64,000 nt of DNA from an uncultured Candidatus Saccharibacteria bacterium. Lineage in GTDB: Bacteria > Patescibacteriota > Minisyncoccia > Phycocordibacterales > SBAW01. The DNA is taken from the NCBI GenBank assembly GCA_964615415.1, contig CAZTNI010000003.1, forward strand, positions 79,235 through 143,234, in the 5' to 3' direction. The notes below the pieces were generated by a model that ran no database searches, was not told the origin of the DNA, and was given only the letters and a program-made list of their open reading frames with translations. The position numbers and the translations under genes were made by a program. Below are positions 26,811 to 35,676 of this stretch, in pieces (position 1 is the first letter of the stretch; the number at the start of each line of letters is the position of its first letter).

Positions 26811-28220
26811 ATGTCAGACCCTCATCACGATCCGGCTCACCCGGATCCACATGCTGCGGATCCGCATGCGGCTCAGCAGCATCAGACACAGCGGCCGCAG
26901 GCGCGTGTGCGCCAACAGGCGCAGACGCAACAGCGTGCTCGCGGCTGGTCGCCGTTTTCGGTGGTTGTAACCGTCGCATCTGTTCTTCTTGTTGGATTGC
27001 TGGTTGTACTCGCGTACAGCTACTTCCAGGGGAGGATGGTACCGGCTTCTACAACCCCGCCGCCTGCGCAGCAGACGGTCGCGGATACAACGCCGCCACC
27101 GTCTGCATCGACCGCCGATCTGGGCAACCAGATCGCCGACATCCGCGCGAACCTCGACCGCATGGTCGCGACTCGCGAAACCGATACGGCGGCAAACGGG
27201 CAGCAGTTCGTCCAGGTCAACGGGCGCATCGACAATGTCGAAGGCGCTGTCCGTGATCTGACCGACGTTACCCAGGATGCAGTCGGCCAGCTGGGGACTC
27301 TGAACACGCAGGTCGGTGACCTTGCACGACAAGTGCAGGACATCGGCACGCAGGTTCAGACGATCGCGACTACTCCGCCCCCTCCGGTCAACGGAGGAGT
27401 GGATGTGGCGGTCGATCCTCCTATGGTGGGCCTGCCCGATACAATCGGCGCAGGAGCCTGTGTTGCGATCGCGATCGGCGGCGGAGACGCTCATGCCGAC
27501 TGCGGTGCAGGTGCGGCTTCACCGCCCATTTGCTGCGACACAGCGCCGCTTCCGCCGCCAAATCCGGCGCGTCTCGAGTTCGACCTCGGGACAGTTCCGG
27601 GAGCTGTGTGCCACGGAGAGGGTTGTGGAAACGAAATCGAATGCCGCCGTTCCGAACAGGATGGCTGCATCGAGTTCGATCTTCAGAACCTTCGGTGGGA
27701 TTCGAACAATCCGCTTCTTGCAGGTCTTGACCGGCCGGCAACTACGGATGCAGAAACCCGCCGTCGTGTCACGACGCTTGGCGAACAGCTCTTCGGCGCA
27801 TTCATGGAGGGAGACCTTCAGGCTGCTCCGGAGCAGGTGTTCTATGTGTACATGTGGAACGTGGGGGATACTCCTGCGGAAAACATGGGCATGTACGAAC
27901 TCCTGACGCGGCAAAGCACGACCAGTGCATGGATGGAAGTCGAGGAAGTTCCTCCGACGACCGGCCCTGCCGAAACTGCCGAGTATGATCTTGGACCGCC
28001 ACAGCGCGCGTTCCGAGTGACTGCTCGAGGAGGAGTGGTTGCCTTCCAGGTTCCTTGGAGCATGATCGGGGACACTACCTACGTCCTCATCTGTCCCGAG
28101 GCCGAGACGATCTACCCTAATCGCACTACGGATTCCGAAGGTATCTGGTTCACGCCGGAATATCTCCGGGATATGCGGAATGCTGATTGGGACTATGTTC
28201 TCGTTCCGTTCCTGACGTAA
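26811..28220 (+). CDS. hypothetical single-pass membrane protein (GC-rich island gene 2): His/Pro-rich N-terminus, coiled-coil segment, Cys-rich C-terminal domain
   Basis: DPHHDPAHPDPHAADPHAA repeats, then TM (FSVVVTVASVLLVGLLVVLAY), then heptad-like QV(Q/G)D region and a CC/CxxxGC...C Cys cluster; 8 nt after gene 1. Confidence 0.55.
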   Translation: MSDPHHDPAHPDPHAADPHAAQQHQTQRPQARVRQQAQTQQRARGWSPFSVVVTVASVLLVGLLVVLAYSYFQGRMVPASTTPPPAQQTVADTTPPPSASTADLGNQIADIRANLDRMVATRETDTAANGQQFVQVNGRIDNVEGAVRDLTDVTQDAVGQLGTLNTQVGDLARQVQDIGTQVQTIATTPPPPVNGGVDVAVDPPMVGLPDTIGAGACVAIAIGGGDAHADCGAGAASPPICCDTAPLPPPNPARLEFDLGTVPGAVCHGEGCGNEIECRRSEQDGCIEFDLQNLRWDSNNPLLAGLDRPATTDAETRRRVTTLGEQLFGAFMEGDLQAAPEQVFYVYMWNVGDTPAENMGMYELLTRQSTTSAWMEVEEVPPTTGPAETAEYDLGPPQRAFRVTARGGVVAFQVPWSMIGDTTYVLICPEAETIYPNRTTDSEGIWFTPEYLRDMRNADWDYVLVPFLT

Positions 28221-28341
28221 TCAAGAATGGGGTGCGCGGCTCGACAATGGTCGGGCTGCGCACACCAATTTTTCGATTCTTTCGATACTCTCGCGTACAA
28301 GTAGGTGAGAGTATTTAGAAGAATTGTATTAATTAATAAGT

Positions 28342-29880
28342 ATGAAAAATCTTATCAAGAAAATTCAGAAAGGTTTGATCATGTACGTTTTTGGCGTTGC
28401 TGCAGTTGCGGCAGCTTTCCTCGTACTTCCTGCATTCGTGCAGAATGACTCTGCTGCAGATGCAGTAGGACTCCACGCACTTGTTGCGCAAGCGATCGGT
28501 GGTACATCTGGTGGTACAGGTGGTAGTGGTGGTCAGGCTGGTCCTGGTTGTTGCAAAACAACTCCGGCTCCAACTCCTACACCTAAGCCAACTCCGAAAC
28601 CAACTCCGGAGCCGACAAAGCCGACATACAATCCTCCGAAGTACACGCCTCCTACGTATGAGCCACCAACGTACGAACCTCCGACGTATGAGCCGCCAAC
28701 GTACACTCCTCCTACCTATAACCCTCCGGTTATCCCAACTTGTACGCTTTCAGCAAATAAACGCTCTATCACTAAGGGCGAGCAAGTAACGCTTACGTGG
28801 TCTTCGTCTAAGGCTAAGACTGCCGAACTCTCAACCATTGGTTCAGTGTCGACGAACGGTAATCGCACCGTCTCTCCTGAAAATTACATCACCTACACTC
28901 TTACTGTAACGAGTAAGGATGGTCATAAAGCATATTGTTACGAAACAATTGTTGTAAATACTCCTGCTCCTACTTGTACGCTTAACGTAGACCGCACCAC
29001 TATCAACCGTGGCGAGAATGCAACCTTCTCATGGTCTACTAATAACGCAGAATCAGTTTCTCTTACCTCATTCGGATCTGTAGAGAAAAACGGTTCTCGC
29101 TCAGTTAATCCGCAAAACACGACAACCTATACGCTTACAGTGCATGGCAAGAATGGTCAGACCGTAGATTGTACGAAGACCATTACCGTTAACGTACCTC
29201 CTCCGGTATATAACGCACCGTCATGTACGATCTATATCAACAACTACAATAACCAGTACCACACACCTAATCAGGCGGTGACTATCACTTGGAATGCGCA
29301 CAATGCATACAGTGGTTGGATCAACAATGGTATCGGTTCAGTAAACCTCTCGGGTTCTAAGACCGTCTATCCGTCTCAGACAACGACGTACACTGCAACC
29401 TTTACTGGTCACAATGGTCAGACTATCAACTGTTCAGTAACGATCTATATCAACACTTACGTACCTCCGACGACTCCGTATATCACCTTGTCGTCTGTGC
29501 CGTACACTGGTCTTGACCTCGGTCCAGTTGGAACTGCGTTCTATTGGGGCTTCCTTATCGTATGGTGTCTCTTTGCAGCGTATCTTATCGTTGTAAAGCG
29601 TGTACAAAATAGCATCTATGCTTCTACAAAGCGTCTGCTTTTCGGAAGTGATGCGCACGTAGCATCATATGCGTCTCACACAGCGCCAGCAGCACAGGGA
29701 TTCCTCTCTACTTCAGACCTCGAAGTTATTGCGAACACACTTCGCTCTATGATCGAGGGCCCTGCTAAGAAGGACCACGGTGTTGCACACAGTACTCATG
29801 CTGTTGCGCACGCGGCTCCTCAGGCTGATGTGATCGATGAGTTTGTCCTCTCACAGATCAATCGTTCTCGCCACAACTAA
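28342..29880 (+). CDS. surface protein: signal peptide, Pro/Thr-rich PPTYE repeat linker, three tandem ~75-aa Ig-like Cys-pair repeats, C-terminal TM plus cytoplasmic tail
   Basis: Repeats each begin CT(L/I)..N and contain W..S, Y.TYTLTV..K/GNGQ, C; TM GTAFYWGFLIVWCLFAAYLIVV. Confidence 0.65.
   Translation: MKNLIKKIQKGLIMYVFGVAAVAAAFLVLPAFVQNDSAADAVGLHALVAQAIGGTSGGTGGSGGQAGPGCCKTTPAPTPTPKPTPKPTPEPTKPTYNPPKYTPPTYEPPTYEPPTYEPPTYTPPTYNPPVIPTCTLSANKRSITKGEQVTLTWSSSKAKTAELSTIGSVSTNGNRTVSPENYITYTLTVTSKDGHKAYCYETIVVNTPAPTCTLNVDRTTINRGENATFSWSTNNAESVSLTSFGSVEKNGSRSVNPQNTTTYTLTVHGKNGQTVDCTKTITVNVPPPVYNAPSCTIYINNYNNQYHTPNQAVTITWNAHNAYSGWINNGIGSVNLSGSKTVYPSQTTTYTATFTGHNGQTINCSVTIYINTYVPPTTPYITLSSVPYTGLDLGPVGTAFYWGFLIVWCLFAAYLIVVKRVQNSIYASTKRLLFGSDAHVASYASHTAPAAQGFLSTSDLEVIANTLRSMIEGPAKKDHGVAHSTHAVAHAAPQADVIDEFVLSQINRSRHN
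28621..28728 (+). repeat. 15-bp tandem repeat encoding PPTY(E/N/T) x7
   Basis: CCNCCNACNTAYGAR-like units repeated head-to-tail inside the surface-protein gene. Confidence 0.7.
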
Positions 29881-29915
29881 TAAGAAGCGGGTGCGATAAG
29901 ACTCCAAAACAACAA

Positions 29916-29946
29916 AAAACTCCCCGAACAGGGGAGTTTTTTGTTT
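29916..29946. terminator. bidirectional terminator between convergent surface-protein and thrS genes
   Basis: AACTCCCCG-AACA-GGGGAGTT hairpin with A-run upstream and T-run downstream. Confidence 0.65.
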
Positions 29947-29983
29947 GCTTTGTATTTGTTTAAGAAACGCTCGACGACACTAC

Positions 29984-31198
29984 CTACAGTGCGCGGGATT
30001 TTATTTCTTCTTTGAGTTTAGAAGCAATATCTGCTACAGAGAGGGCGCCGATTTTACCTGCGCGGCCTTCCAATGTTGCGGTTTGTGACGAGACTTCTTG
30101 GTCGCCAATAACGAGCGTGTAGGGGATTTTTTCTGTCTTTGCGGCGCGGATTTTCTTGCCCAGAGTTTCGTTAGAGTCGTCGATATCTGCACGGATGCCC
30201 GCATCTTTAAGCTGCTGTACGACATCTGCTGCGAATTGCTTGTGCGGCTCGGCGATAGGAATAACGCGAGCTTGTACAGGCGAGAGCCAGAGAGGGAAGG
30301 CACCTGCATAGTGCTCAATCAAGAAAGCAACTGTGCGTCCTATAGAGCCGATTGTCGAGCGATGAATCATTACAGGGCGCTCGTCTTTGCCGTCGCTATT
30401 GATGTAGGTGATATGGAATTTTTCCGGTAAAAGAAAGTCGATCTGCGCAGTAAACAAAGTGTCCTCTTTGCCGTTCACATTTTTTGCTTGGATGTCGAGC
30501 TTTGGCCCATAGAATGCGGCTTCATCTTCTGCTTCGATATACTTAAAACCTGCCTCGTCGAGTGCTTCTTTCATGACGCTTTCTGCTTTCTCCCACAGTG
30601 TGTCGTCGGGATAGTATTTTTCTTTATCTTTGCCACGCTTCGAAAAGCGATACGTAACGATGTCTTGGAGCCCCAAACCTTTCATGCCTTCTGCAATCAT
30701 TTTGCACACACTCACAAACTCACTTTTGAGCTGGTCAGGACGAACGAAGAGGTGTCCGTCGGTAAGCTCGAATTTTCTCGTACGGATGAGACCCATCAAC
30801 TCGCCTGATTTTTCATAGCGGTTGTAGTCAGCTACTTCGGCATAGCGGACAGGGAAGTCGCGATAAGAAAGAGGCTTGCGCAAAAGGAGGCGGATGTGGT
30901 GCGGGCAAGCCATGGGACGCAGGTAGAATTTATCGCCATCCATGTCGATGGGTGCGTACATGTTTTTTTGATAGTGATCCAAATGGCCGGAAGTCTTATA
31001 CAGAGTTTCTCCGCCTAGGTATGGCGTAGAAACATGGTCATAGCCGTATTTTGTTTCAAGGTCGCGGGTAAACTTTTCAAGTTGCAACTTAATTTGCGTA
31101 CCTTTTGGTGTCCACATGGGCAAGCCTTTGCCGACTTGTTCGTCAATGTAATAAAGGTCGAGCTCCTGCCCCAATTTTTTATGATCGCGCTCTTCCAT
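29984..31198 (-). CDS. thrS: threonine--tRNA ligase, minimal form (catalytic core plus anticodon-binding domain, no N-terminal TGS/editing domains)
   Basis: RDHKKLGQELDLYY, KTSGHLDHYQKNMY, RPMACPHH class II ThrRS blocks from residue ~5; 404 aa instead of ~640. Confidence 0.8.
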   Translation of the reverse strand: MEERDHKKLGQELDLYYIDEQVGKGLPMWTPKGTQIKLQLEKFTRDLETKYGYDHVSTPYLGGETLYKTSGHLDHYQKNMYAPIDMDGDKFYLRPMACPHHIRLLLRKPLSYRDFPVRYAEVADYNRYEKSGELMGLIRTRKFELTDGHLFVRPDQLKSEFVSVCKMIAEGMKGLGLQDIVTYRFSKRGKDKEKYYPDDTLWEKAESVMKEALDEAGFKYIEAEDEAAFYGPKLDIQAKNVNGKEDTLFTAQIDFLLPEKFHITYINSDGKDERPVMIHRSTIGSIGRTVAFLIEHYAGAFPLWLSPVQARVIPIAEPHKQFAADVVQQLKDAGIRADIDDSNETLGKKIRAAKTEKIPYTLVIGDQEVSSQTATLEGRAGKIGALSVADIASKLKEEIKSRAL

Positions 31199-31271
31199 AT
31201 AGATATAAGGTTATTCCGCAATACTACCTTTTTTATAGATTTTCGCAAAAACCTTTCGACACATGCTCAAG

Positions 31272-31306
31272 GTAAAGAAATCCGCCGCCCCTTTGGGGCG
31301 GCGGAT
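31272..31306 (-). terminator. rho-independent terminator
   Basis: TCCGCCGCCCC-TTT-GGGGCGGCGGA 11-bp GC stem, T-run on minus strand. Confidence 0.5.
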
Positions 31307-31308
31307 GG

Positions 31309-31536
31309 TTATTGAGAATCTGCAGCTGGCGCTGTTGCGCGAAATTTCGGATTCGAAATTCGACTGAAGGGGTGCTGAGAGATCAGCTGTTTCGTAACCG
31401 GGTCGTATTCGGCAAGATCGACCGCAGAATTGCATCCTAGGTCGCATCGCGGAGTGTCTGGCGAATCAGCCATCAGCCAAACATCTGACATACAGATAGT
31501 GCAGTAGAACAAACGCATTCGCTGTGTCGTAGCCAT
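31309..31536 (-). CDS. small Cys-containing hypothetical protein (75 aa)
   Basis: ORF between dnaE stop and a strong terminator hairpin; CxxC...CxxxC spacing could be a zinc ribbon; weak evidence. Confidence 0.3.
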   Translation of the reverse strand: MATTQRMRLFYCTICMSDVWLMADSPDTPRCDLGCNSAVDLAEYDPVTKQLISQHPFSRISNPKFRATAPAADSQ

Positions 31537-31572
31537 GCCTGTGTCCTCTCTAAAGTTCCGCCGCTTTCCACC

Positions 31573-34500
31573 TTACAATGCTTTCAGTTTTTCAGCCACC
31601 AAAGAGAATTCTCCGTTGCGGTTAGAGACGCGCCCTTTCATAGCGATCACCATTTCAGACTTCAATATTTCTTTGTATTCAACAAAACTTTTCGGAAATA
31701 CTACAGCCTCAATAGTTCCATCGAAGTCCATTATTTTAATGAAGGCCATCTGGTCGCCGCCTTTGGTTAAGATGACGCGTACGTCTTGGATCATGCCCGC
31801 TGCAACTGCGGTGGTGCCGGGGAGTGCACGAGCGCGCAGTTGTCCTAAAGTCATCGGACGCTTTGAGAGCTTGTCTTTAAAGCGGTCGAGTGGGTGGCCG
31901 GAGACATAGAGGCCAAGCAACTCTTTTTCCCATGCGAGCTTGGTTTCAAGCGGCACGTCTGGCACCGCGGCAACTTGTACGTCTCCTGCAGTACCCCCTA
32001 AGCCTGCAAAGAGTGAATCTTGCGACTGTTCTTTGTTTGATTCGCGGTGGTATTCAAGGAGGACCTCAATGCCGTTCATCATAGTGCCGCGCTCTCCAAG
32101 CGAGTCGAGCGCGCCGCACTGAATAAGCGACTCAAGAGACTTTTTGTTGAGCATCACTTCTTTAACGCGACGAAGGAAGTCAGAAAGGGACGTAAATTTT
32201 CCGTGTGCTTTACGCTCTTTAATGATCGCATCCGCAATGTTGGTGCCGAAGTTTTTAATAGAGTAGAGCCCGAAGCGGATAGAGTCTTGTTCAATGTCGC
32301 CTGCGACTGCGGCGGCCTTCGCGGTGCGTCCACTTGCTTCGCTGATCATTGCCGTAAAGTCGCCAAAGGATTCATTTACGTCAGGTGCGAGGACTGGAAT
32401 GCCCATGCGTTTACATTCAGCAACCATAATAGATACGGTATCAATGTCGCCTGCTTCTGCGGTAAGTACGCAGGTCATGTACTCGACAGGGAAGTTGGCT
32501 TTCATATACGCCGTTTGGTACGCCACGCGTCCGTAGGAAGCTGAGTGCGCTTTGTTAAAGCCGTATGCGGCAAATGGTTCGATCCATGCCCAGACGCGTT
32601 CTGCTTTTGCGCGCGGCCACTTGGAATGATTGACGCATCCTTCAATAAACTTCTCCTTCTGTTTTGCCATCTCCTCCGGAATTTTTTTACCGACGGCTTT
32701 GCGGAATTTGTCCACCTCGCCCCAGGTGTAGCCTGCAAGCTGGTTCGCCATCATGAGGAGGTCGTCTTGATACACCAAAATGCCGTAGGTTTGTTTCAGA
32801 ATCGGCTCCATCGCTGGGTCGAGGTAGGAGACAAGCGCAGGGTTATGCTTGCGTTCAATATAGTTCGGGATGAATTGCATCGGGCCTGGGCGGTAGAGCG
32901 CTACCATAGCGTTGATGTCGTGGATCGAGGTCGGTTTCAACTCCTTAAGAAAGCGTGTCATGCCGGAGCCGTTCAGCTGGAAGGTTGCTTCGGTGTCGCC
33001 GCGCGTTAACATCTCGTACGTTTTTTTATCGTCGAGCGGAATTGTTTCAATATCAAGCGAGGTGCCGCGTACGGTGTTTACCAGTGCAACCGCATTTGCA
33101 AGGATGGTTAGGTTACGAATACCGAGGAAGTCGAACTTGGTAAGTCCCACACCGTCTTCACCGACCGAATACATGTCGTACTGTGTAATTATCTTGCCTC
33201 CCTTCGGGTCGAGCTGGAGTGGCGTATAGTTCACCATTTGCTTTGGTGCGATAACAACGCCTGCTGCATGTACGCCCACGTGTCGTGCGCAGCCTTCAAT
33301 CTTTTGTGCAAGGTCGATAATTTCCTGTACCTCGCGCTCGGCTTTGTACATTTTTGCAACTTCAGGATTTTCTTGCAGTGCGCGGTCGAGCGTCATCGGA
33401 AAGCCTTGCGAGCCGAATGGAATTTCTTTTGCAATACGGTCGCCAAGCCCGTACGGGTAGCCAAGTGCGCGCGCAACGTCACGGACCACTCCGCGGGCGA
33501 GCATGGTTCCAAAGGTTCCAATCTGTGCAACGTGGTCGTCGCCGTATTTTTTGCGCGCATAGTCGATCACTTCGTCGCGGCGGTCGTCGGCGAAGTCCAT
33601 GTCGATATCGGGAGCGGACGGGCGTTCAGGGTTAAGAAAGCGTTCGAACGGAATTTTATACTCGAGCGGATCGATCTTGGTAATTTGAAGGAGATAGGTC
33701 GTCATGGAACCGGCAACCGAACCACGGATGTTGGTGTAAATGCCGTTCTCGCGGGCAAAGCGGATCAGGTCTTCCACCACGAGGAAGTACGCCGCGTATC
33801 CTTTGAAGGCAATGATCCCGAGTTCATAGTTAAGACGCTCAAGCACGTCTTCGCGTCCCTCAAGTTCGCGGGCTTTGAGGCCGCGCATGCACAACTCGCG
33901 CAGTACCTCGTCCGCAGTTTTTCCAGGTGGCAGTGTAAATTCAGGAAAGACAAATTTACCTATCACGAGTTCCAGGTTGCAGCGCTCAGCAATCTCGACA
34001 GTTTTTGCGAGTGCTTCAGGGGTATCCGCATAGATCTCGTTCATCTGTTCCGCGTTGCGGAAGGCGAAGTTGTCTTCGTCGGCATCTATCTCTCCGGTTT
34101 CTTCTCCTTTGCTTTCAATTTTGCGCAGCGTTTCCCATGCGCGATGGTCTTCCGGGGAGAGGTAGAAAATTTCTTGCAGCGCCACGCCGCTGTAGAAGTT
34201 TTTTTCTCCGTAGAGGTCGGCGAGACGCAGCGCGCCCTCGCTGCGCGGTGGTGCAATAGCGATGAGTCCTTCAGTGTACGGAGAAAGCATCTCGCGAGTG
34301 TAGGCAACTTCGCCGTCATGCGGGTGTACGTTTGCGTTCGTTACCATCGCAAGGAGATTTTTGTATCCCGTCTCATTTTCTGCGAGGAGCACCATGCGGT
34401 TGCCGCCCTCGAGTTTTATATCGATGCCGATAATCGGCTTGATCTCCTTCTTTTTGCACTCTTTGTAAAATTCGATAGCGCCGTAGAGGTTGCCCATGTC

Positions 34501-34620
34501 GGTTAAGGCAAGAGCGCTACAACCCGCATCTTTTGCTGCAGCAACAAGTTCGTCGATCTTTGGCAGCGCATGCAGAAGAGAGAAGTGTGAGTGGACGTGC
34601 AGGTGTACAAACGGTTGCAT
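31573..34620 (-). CDS. dnaE: DNA polymerase III alpha subunit (short, ~1015 aa)
   Basis: PHP domain FVHLHVHSHFSLL at N-terminus, polymerase core, OB fold at C-terminus; ATG at 34620 (GTG alternative at 34626). Confidence 0.9.
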   Translation of the reverse strand: MQPFVHLHVHSHFSLLHALPKIDELVAAAKDAGCSALALTDMGNLYGAIEFYKECKKKEIKPIIGIDIKLEGGNRMVLLAENETGYKNLLAMVTNANVHPHDGEVAYTREMLSPYTEGLIAIAPPRSEGALRLADLYGEKNFYSGVALQEIFYLSPEDHRAWETLRKIESKGEETGEIDADEDNFAFRNAEQMNEIYADTPEALAKTVEIAERCNLELVIGKFVFPEFTLPPGKTADEVLRELCMRGLKARELEGREDVLERLNYELGIIAFKGYAAYFLVVEDLIRFARENGIYTNIRGSVAGSMTTYLLQITKIDPLEYKIPFERFLNPERPSAPDIDMDFADDRRDEVIDYARKKYGDDHVAQIGTFGTMLARGVVRDVARALGYPYGLGDRIAKEIPFGSQGFPMTLDRALQENPEVAKMYKAEREVQEIIDLAQKIEGCARHVGVHAAGVVIAPKQMVNYTPLQLDPKGGKIITQYDMYSVGEDGVGLTKFDFLGIRNLTILANAVALVNTVRGTSLDIETIPLDDKKTYEMLTRGDTEATFQLNGSGMTRFLKELKPTSIHDINAMVALYRPGPMQFIPNYIERKHNPALVSYLDPAMEPILKQTYGILVYQDDLLMMANQLAGYTWGEVDKFRKAVGKKIPEEMAKQKEKFIEGCVNHSKWPRAKAERVWAWIEPFAAYGFNKAHSASYGRVAYQTAYMKANFPVEYMTCVLTAEAGDIDTVSIMVAECKRMGIPVLAPDVNESFGDFTAMISEASGRTAKAAAVAGDIEQDSIRFGLYSIKNFGTNIADAIIKERKAHGKFTSLSDFLRRVKEVMLNKKSLESLIQCGALDSLGERGTMMNGIEVLLEYHRESNKEQSQDSLFAGLGGTAGDVQVAAVPDVPLETKLAWEKELLGLYVSGHPLDRFKDKLSKRPMTLGQLRARALPGTTAVAAGMIQDVRVILTKGGDQMAFIKIMDFDGTIEAVVFPKSFVEYKEILKSEMVIAMKGRVSNRNGEFSLVAEKLKAL

Positions 34621-34641
34621 GTACACAGTATACTTGCCGGC

Positions 34642-35220
34642 ATGGATACCGTCATTATTGGCGTCGATGAAGCGGGTCGCGGACCACTTGCCGGTCCGGT
34701 TTCCGTGGGAGTGGTGAAAGTTCCTATGGGTTTTTCAATCACGACAGAATTTCCTGGTGTTGCAGACTCTAAAAAATTGAAAGAAGGGAAACGAGAAGAG
34801 TTGTATGAAAAGTTACTTTGGTATAAGGACCAAGGCATGGTGGATTTCGTTGTGCAATTTAGATCTGCTGCAGTTATAGACGAGGTTGGTATTACCGAAG
34901 CAGTGCGAGATGGTGTACATAGCGGCATACGACAGCTTGTTCCAGACTCTGGCGGAGTGCGGGTGCTGCTTGATGGTTTACTGCATGCCCCCACAGAATA
35001 TGCACAAGAAACAATTATTAAAGGAGATGAAAAGGAGCCGGTAATTTCGCTTGCGTCTATTGCAGCAAAAGTAGAACGTGATCGCTTAATGAAAGAACTT
35101 GCGAAAGAGTTTCCGCTCTATGGGTTCGACATCCACAAAGGCTACGGCACTAAAAAACATAAAGAAGCTGTGGCTCAGTTTGGATTATGCGCTCTCCACA
35201 GAAAGACGTTCTGTGGTTGA
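34642..35220 (+). CDS. rnhB: ribonuclease HII
   Basis: GVDEAGRGPLAGPV, DSKKL, HKGYGT RNase HII motifs; divergent from dnaE with start codons ~20 bp apart. Confidence 0.85.
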   Translation: MDTVIIGVDEAGRGPLAGPVSVGVVKVPMGFSITTEFPGVADSKKLKEGKREELYEKLLWYKDQGMVDFVVQFRSAAVIDEVGITEAVRDGVHSGIRQLVPDSGGVRVLLDGLLHAPTEYAQETIIKGDEKEPVISLASIAAKVERDRLMKELAKEFPLYGFDIHKGYGTKKHKEAVAQFGLCALHRKTFCG

Positions 35221-35313
35221 CCGTGTATAGCGAGCGGGAGTATAGTTGCTTGCGGAAGTTCGTTTTTGTTGTGTATCGATTGAAATGGTCATCCCAAACA
35301 TCGGAGCAGAGTC

Positions 35314-35589
35314 GTGTATTCTGGACTACGAAAAACAAAACCGATAGGTGAGGAGTATACGGGTCCCGTGACCCAGCGCATTCTCAAGGATTGGCGACCC
35401 ACCGAAGAGCACCCCTGCGTCTGTTCCTTGTGTCGGCATCAGGACACTACGTCATGCCCCTTCCGGACAGGAGCGAAACCCGAACAAGGGTTTTGTGATC
35501 GTTTTTCAATCAACGCGACTACCGACGAGGAGCTCAATGCGCTCTTCGAGTCCGACATGCGGTCGGTCGGTGTCGTTCCACTGCACTAG
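35314..35589 (+). CDS. hypothetical Cys-rich small protein (may be non-coding)
   Basis: 91-aa ORF ending just before a 19-bp-stem terminator; no RBS or homology recognised. Confidence 0.3.
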   Translation: MYSGLRKTKPIGEEYTGPVTQRILKDWRPTEEHPCVCSLCRHQDTTSCPFRTGAKPEQGFCDRFSINATTDEELNALFESDMRSVGVVPLH

Positions 35590-35601
35590 CGACACTAATA
35601 A

Positions 35602-35652
35602 CCCCCGCCCTCTGTACTTTACTAGTACACAGGGCGGGGGTTTGTCATTTTT
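35602..35652 (+). terminator. strong rho-independent terminator
   Basis: CCCCCGCCCTCTGTAC-TTTACTA-GTACACAGGGCGGGGG followed by TTTGTCATTTTT. Confidence 0.65.
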
Positions 35653-35676
35653 AGCCTTATTTGCTATAGTCCAGGT

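Noticed and set aside
26814-27914. Multiple overlapping ORFs in all frames within 26.8-28.0 kb (for example 26814-27494 minus 226 aa; 27316-27906 plus 196 aa)
   Set aside because: These are expected in GC-rich DNA. Only the two same-strand ORFs with RBSs, tight spacing and a downstream terminator (26341-26802, 26811-28220) were kept as genes.
32047-34506. Long plus-strand ORFs (165-422 aa) antisense to dnaE
   Set aside because: Embedded in the dnaE coding region on the opposite strand; no start signals; composition artefacts
35221-35652. Possible tmRNA, RNase P RNA or SRP RNA in the rnhB-rpmF gap
   Set aside because: No tRNA-like 5'/3' ends with CCA and no tag reading frame for tmRNA. P4/P10-12 RNase P consensus blocks are absent. 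There is only a short resemblance to the SRP domain IV loop. Kept as a low-confidence finding rather than a feature.
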